NCBI GenBank assembly: GCA_050011875.1
Contig: JBEKIG010000012.1
Span: forward strand, 11,278 to 75,277
Direction: 5' to 3'
DNA: 64,000 nucleotides
Origin: Nitrososphaeria archaeon
GTDB taxonomy: Archaea > Thermoproteota > Nitrososphaeria > JACIWG01
Of this stretch, positions 59,502-64,000 are shown in pieces. The notes below the pieces were generated by a model. That model had not been told where the DNA came from. It was given only the letters and a program-made list of their open reading frames with translations, and did not search any database. Position numbers and translations under genes: made by a program. How positions within the stretch are numbered: position 1 is the stretch's first letter; each line of letters begins with the position of its first letter.

Positions 59502-60548
59502 TTGGGCGCTGAAATGTCTGTTAAACCTTTTGATGAAACCGAAGCCCTTGAAGCTGTAGACCAGATCGTCGGCAAGTCTCAGTACGTCAATTATATATCA
59601 AGACAGGCGTACAAATCAATAGAGGACGCTCTTAAAAAGTCTCTAGAAAGGTCAAGGGTTGTAATCCCAGTCACAGACCCTGCTCGTGTGATCTTAAGGG
59701 GGACCACATTCCAAATGCTGCTAGATGGGATAAGGAATTATGTAGGTCCAGATGAGCATAAGAAACTTCTTCGAATGTTGGGGGAAGAAATAGGAGAAAG
59801 CTTCGGACATGCCCTCATCGAAACACTCAAACAAAAGGGAAGACTTCCTAAAACAAGTAAGACTATACTTGTCGTTTGGTCAATTTTTGATAGCTCCGCA
59901 AGATGGGGAGATATAACAGTGGATCGATTCGATGAAACGAGAAAGCGTGCGGAAATAAGGGTGAGCAAGAATTTCCTAACAAGTGGTTACGAACATGACA
60001 GGCACCGTCATTGCTCCTTTTTTGAGGGCTACATAATGGGCGTAACTAATCAAGCGTTCATGGAGTGGGGTAGGTGGGTAAAAGAATGGTATCCTTCCTC
60101 AAACACTCTTTTATGCGAATCTATAATGGAAACACAAAAAAATGAAAACTGCATTTTCAGTATGAAATTTAAGGAGGAAGAGTTGACGGGGGCCTGTGAC
60201 AGGTTAGTTGAAGCCATTAAAATGCATGATAATGGTAAATGGGAAGAATCTGTAAAACTTTCCTCAGAAAGCTTGGAGACTGCTTTAAAGGAAAAAGTTG
60301 ATTGGATCAACGGGAAATTCAGCTTTAGCCGAGCCTTAAACGTCTTCCCTAAAGTCGCGGTAACTTTACCTTCGTCTGATCAAGCGATCAAATTTAACAA
60401 GTTCGCAGGTGAAGTTGCACGTCATAAACTGGGGCGCGCGGTTACAGACGAAGATTCTCACGCATTTGTTGTTTTCGCAAGAAGGTTCATCACCGAACTA
60501 GAAGAAATTCGGTTAGGAGAAAGGTTAAGGTCCATTCGAACAGATTAG
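59502..60548 (+). CDS. V4R-domain protein with C-terminal HEPN-like helical domain
   Basis: G..IG..F, WG.I, HCSFFEGYI.G, E.....C.F (V4R); then A...HDNG.WEESV..S.ESLETALK...ARH...TDED. Confidence 0.6.
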   Translation: MGAEMSVKPFDETEALEAVDQIVGKSQYVNYISRQAYKSIEDALKKSLERSRVVIPVTDPARVILRGTTFQMLLDGIRNYVGPDEHKKLLRMLGEEIGESFGHALIETLKQKGRLPKTSKTILVVWSIFDSSARWGDITVDRFDETRKRAEIRVSKNFLTSGYEHDRHRHCSFFEGYIMGVTNQAFMEWGRWVKEWYPSSNTLLCESIMETQKNENCIFSMKFKEEELTGACDRLVEAIKMHDNGKWEESVKLSSESLETALKEKVDWINGKFSFSRALNVFPKVAVTLPSSDQAIKFNKFAGEVARHKLGRAVTDEDSHAFVVFARRFITELEEIRLGERLRSIRTD

Positions 60549-60550
60549 GG

Positions 60551-61162
60551 TTAGACAGGAGTTGTTAGTGATGGTTCCATAGGATAAGTAGAACCAGTTG
60601 GTAACGTTATTGTTGTTGATTGTGTTGTTGATGTAGTAGAGGTTAATGTTGTAGTTGTCGTCGGTGATGTGCTCGTTATATTTGTAGGCATCTGACTACC
60701 GCCCGAAACCGCGACGGATGCTGAAGAGCCGTCAAAACATTTAACAAAATAGCCTCCTCCATGTATGTTCTCCGGTGTTGGAATGTTGATCCAATTGTCA
60801 CCTATGTAGATGCCGCTTGAGAGTATGGTTGTTGTATTACGTAGATCGGCAACATTAAAAATCGGTGAGAATTGGAAGTCGCCAGCTGAAATCTGAGAGA
60901 AGCCGTCTCTGCTCCATACTAAATAGAACTGGCTGCCTGCAAAAGTTACCTGCGCAAAGTTAAGGGTTAAGTTTTCCCCCACAGTTATATATACGGTCGA
61001 AGTCGATATGATATGGGTCTGGGGAGGTACTCCAACAAGTATATCTCCAGACGACGCGTTCGCGACCTTGACGGAGGGTAAGAATGATATAGAAATAACT
61101 GAAAGCAGTATTGCAAGTACTATAACTGTTTCAATTTTATTCATTAGTTTTTGCACCTTCAA
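60551..61162 (-). CDS. Secreted protein with Thr-rich tail, truncated paralog of 62949-64000
   Basis: Signal peptide ending ANA; PENIHGGGYFVKCFDGSSASVAV motif shared with the paralog; no TM anchor. Confidence 0.7.
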   Translation of the reverse strand: MKVQKLMNKIETVIVLAILLSVISISFLPSVKVANASSGDILVGVPPQTHIISTSTVYITVGENLTLNFAQVTFAGSQFYLVWSRDGFSQISAGDFQFSPIFNVADLRNTTTILSSGIYIGDNWINIPTPENIHGGGYFVKCFDGSSASVAVSGGSQMPTNITSTSPTTTTTLTSTTSTTQSTTITLPTGSTYPMEPSLTTPV

Positions 61163-61883
61163 CTTAGACAGATGCTAATAATAAAATAGAATACTAGCTG
61201 CTATTTAATCTTTTGACGTACAATAATAAAGATCTGGCATAGCATAAGAACGGTGCCTAAAGTAATGTGAAAGGCCTTTACGGCAGTACCACAGCTATCT
61301 TGCAATCATAACAGTCTTTTCCTGCTTGAGATCTGGATTTATAGCATTTAGATTATATTTGCAGTGTTGTTTAAAAAAATTTATTTTAGTTAAAGGTTTG
61401 CTCAGAGAATATATTAAGTCGGCTCTTATCTCAGTAAAGTCCGATCGTAACAGACCTCTATGGACTGAATAAAATCTATTATCTTCCTCTCATGTTCAAG
61501 CTTATAGATCGTGAACATCAGAACGACCATCGTATTATCCGATTTAATTTTTAGGCTCGACATTATTCCCAACCTGGCATATTTTTTTGAGGGAAACCTT
61601 AAGATTATCAAGCCTCGTGGGGACAACGTTTGATGCAGAAAGAGCGACATAGTGTTCGAACCCATTTTCTGTGAGACCCCTTCTAATGTTTATTGTAAAT
61701 AAATCTTTAAAGGACAGGGCAAGGTGTGGCCAGTCGACCTCTGACATCCTTGATTCTTCCATTCGATTACATTATCTATAGACCCCACTTTTTGGGCCAG
61801 GGACGATGTTAGACCTTGGCAAAGTTTTCGCCAAATTTTTTATACTGCAGTGTTTCAGTTATAGTCTGGTAGAGTGGTAAATA

Positions 61884-62804
61884 ATGAGAATTTTCAAGCC
61901 GACTAAATATTATAGTACATATAGCGCCTTACATCCGCCAGCTTTTGAAGTGGACAATGGTGAAACATTCACGGTCGAAACCGCAGACGCATATAGAGGG
62001 AAAATTAGGTCAGAATCAGACCTGCCAACCTCCGATAGAATACCTTTCGAGAACGGTAATCCACAAAGCGGTCCGATCTACGTCAAAGGTGCAGAAAAAG
62101 GGGACGTGCTTTCTGTTGAAATAGTCGATATAGTGGTTAATGCAAACCAGGGTGCGACAACGATAGCCCCGGATATGGGGGCTTTAACGCGCACGAACAA
62201 TACAAGATTATTAAATGATCCTCTTCCACCAATTACAAGGATATGTCCTATAAAAGATGGTAAGATTTACTTCTCAAATAGAATTATAATACCTATGGAG
62301 CCCATGATAGGGACGATTGGAACCGCTCCCGAATTTGAGTCGATAACGAGCTTATCGCCTGGTACTTATGGGGGAAATATGGACTGCCCTGATATATGTA
62401 TCGGCAACAAAATCATGCTACCCGTCAACGTCAGGGGCGCTCTTCTTTTCGTTGGAGACGTCCACGCGGTTCAAGGCGATGGGGAAATCTCTGGTTCAGC
62501 AATAGAAGTACCTGCAGTATGTGTTTTGAAAGCTGATTTGATCAAAAAGGGAAAGATAAACTGGCCAAGAATAGAATCAAAAGATTACATCATGACGGTC
62601 GGCAGCAGTAGGCCATTAGAAGATGCCTCAAGAATCGCACTCACTGAGCTGATACTCTGGCTTGAAGCAGAATATAAATTCGATAAACTTGAAGCATACC
62701 AGCTTTGCAGTCAAGTCGCAAAGATGAGGGTAGCGCAAATGGTCGATCCTCTCTATACCATCGTTGCAAAGTTTCCAAAAAAATATCTTCCTAGAATTAC
62801 ATAA
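61884..62804 (+). CDS. Acetamidase/formamidase family protein
   Basis: NPQSGPIYVKGA..GD.L, GGNMD, GDVHAVQGDGE..G.A.E. Confidence 0.92.
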   Translation: MRIFKPTKYYSTYSALHPPAFEVDNGETFTVETADAYRGKIRSESDLPTSDRIPFENGNPQSGPIYVKGAEKGDVLSVEIVDIVVNANQGATTIAPDMGALTRTNNTRLLNDPLPPITRICPIKDGKIYFSNRIIIPMEPMIGTIGTAPEFESITSLSPGTYGGNMDCPDICIGNKIMLPVNVRGALLFVGDVHAVQGDGEISGSAIEVPAVCVLKADLIKKGKINWPRIESKDYIMTVGSSRPLEDASRIALTELILWLEAEYKFDKLEAYQLCSQVAKMRVAQMVDPLYTIVAKFPKKYLPRIT

Positions 62805-62948
62805 CATAGAATCTCTCTGTTCCGAAGTCAAGGTCTAAAAAATTAGAAAAGAGAATTCCCTTATTCTTAATTATGATCAAGTAGAGGCAGCTGGCTTCAA
62901 ATATGCTAAAGGTTCTATAGACTAGGTTACCGAACCCCCTCAAATTCC

Positions 62949-64000
62949 CTATGTCTGCTTTCTTCTACTTCTCAATAGAAGGATTGCGGCAGCCGCCACT
63001 ATCACAATAAATACCACTATGACAGCAGGTATTAGTAAATTTGATTCAGGGCCAGATGGTGTAGTTGTTGATGTAGTTGTTGTAGTTGTCGTAGTAATGG
63101 TTGAAGTTGTTGTAGTTGGTATCATCGTAGTAATGGTTGAAGTTGTTGTAGTTGGTATCATCGTAGTAATGGTTGAAGTTGTTGTAGTTGTCGTAGTAAT
63201 GGTTGAAGTTGTTGTAGTTGTCGTAGTAATGGTTGAAGTTGTTGTAGTTGGTATCATCGTAGTAATCGTTGTCGTCGTGGTAACGGTTGAAGTTTGATTA
63301 ACTGCGTCTTCCAACGTAATTGTGTGTGTTCCCATCGATGTTATAGGCACCCTCACTGTCGTGTTAAAGAATCCTGAGCTGTTCGTCTGCGCTGTGCCAA
63401 TTGCGGTATTATCAAAATAGATGATTACAGCCGGTGGGTGAAAGTAATTGCCTACGATTATAAGAGACTCGTTGACATAAACTTGGACCGTAGAGAACCC
63501 TGTATTGTTGCCGAACATATCACCGGAAGGAGAATAGACGTTACCCACCTGAAGAAGGCCTCTTCTGCCTTCCATGTAATCGGCCTCAGCTTGGTATCCT
63601 GTTGCAGTGTCATTGCTAAAAAACTTGATTATATTGAATGTTATCGGATTATCTCCAGCTGGTATCCACTGTTTTAGGTCCGGAGCTGTAGTTGCGTATG
63701 TGAAATTGCCTTGTGCGTCGGTTGATACGGTCGCGAGCGTTTCATTCACAGTTGTAATGGGATCATAATAGGTTAACTCCACAGCACTGTTTGCCGTAAA
63801 AGCAGTGCCTTCCAGAGAAATTGGAGAGCCTCCTGCCCCACGTGTGAACGGCGTGACTTCTAGTATTGGGAGCACGTTAACGTAGCTGCTTGTAACCGCA
63901 ACAGAGTCTGCGGAACCGTCATAGCATTTGATATAGTAATCTCCTCCAGCTATGTTCTTTGGTATTGGACCGGTGACCGCATCGTAACCCACTGTATAGT
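62949..64000 (-). CDS. Cell-surface protein with Ig-like domains, Thr-rich linker and C-terminal TM anchor (5' partial)
   Basis: Open to the window edge; TDAQGNF / TNSSGFF..T..VP...G.HTI Ig-like motifs, many N-x-S/T sequons, TM helix plus basic tail. Confidence 0.85.
   Translation of the reverse strand, partial: YTVGYDAVTGPIPKNIAGGDYYIKCYDGSADSVAVTSSYVNVLPILEVTPFTRGAGGSPISLEGTAFTANSAVELTYYDPITTVNETLATVSTDAQGNFTYATTAPDLKQWIPAGDNPITFNIIKFFSNDTATGYQAEADYMEGRRGLLQVGNVYSPSGDMFGNNTGFSTVQVYVNESLIIVGNYFHPPAVIIYFDNTAIGTAQTNSSGFFNTTVRVPITSMGTHTITLEDAVNQTSTVTTTTTITTMIPTTTTSTITTTTTTTSTITTTTTTTSTITTMIPTTTTSTITTMIPTTTTSTITTTTTTTTSTTTPSGPESNLLIPAVIVVFIVIVAAAAILLLRSRRKQT
63067..63294. repeat. Coding tandem repeat of 30/36-bp units (poly-Thr linker)
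   Basis: GTTGAAGTTGTTGTAGTTG(GTATCA)TCGTAGTAATG units at 63100, 63136, 63172, 63202 and 63232. Confidence 0.9.

Noticed and set aside
61426-61762. Two overlapping short minus-strand ORFs
   Set aside because: Probably gene debris; I could not assign a family with confidence.
63067-63294. 30/36-bp repeats as a CRISPR array
   Set aside because: No unique spacers, units are multiples of 3 and encode a poly-Thr linker; no cas genes.

Overview
Archaeal chromosomal window. Gene content (eS1, exosome/proteasome superoperon, single-OB SSB, short XPF, split-type EndA subunit, arcadin-1) suggests a TACK, probably basal Nitrososphaeria-like lineage; this is inferred from the genes, not from a search. 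Bases 1-36 kb are mostly core informational genes: KEOPS, exosome, psmA, EF-2, RFC, class I LysRS, type-2 SerRS, cdc48/hsp20 and three intron-less tRNAs. Bases 36-64 kb are metabolic and accessory: tldD/pmbA, glnA, a complete shikimate/Phe/Tyr cluster, surface proteins and several decayed genes. The standout feature is the EF-2 gene, which is split by a 31-nt insert (16672-16702) that folds into a canonical bulge-helix-bulge (BHB) motif. Cutting at the standard BHB positions removes an in-frame stop and restores the conserved IRN-LGVVAHVDHGKT G1 motif, so this is a candidate mRNA intron processed by the tRNA-splicing endonuclease. Other notable items: ATT/ATA start codons (psmA, aroK), a catalytically dead HTH-ATP-cone-NrdD-like protein, a wHTH-transketolase fusion, a V4R-HEPN-like protein, a Dph6-GATase pair, a decayed cdc6 locus and an HSR/Phr-like operator. 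All calls come from reading the sequence and motifs by eye; no database searches were run.
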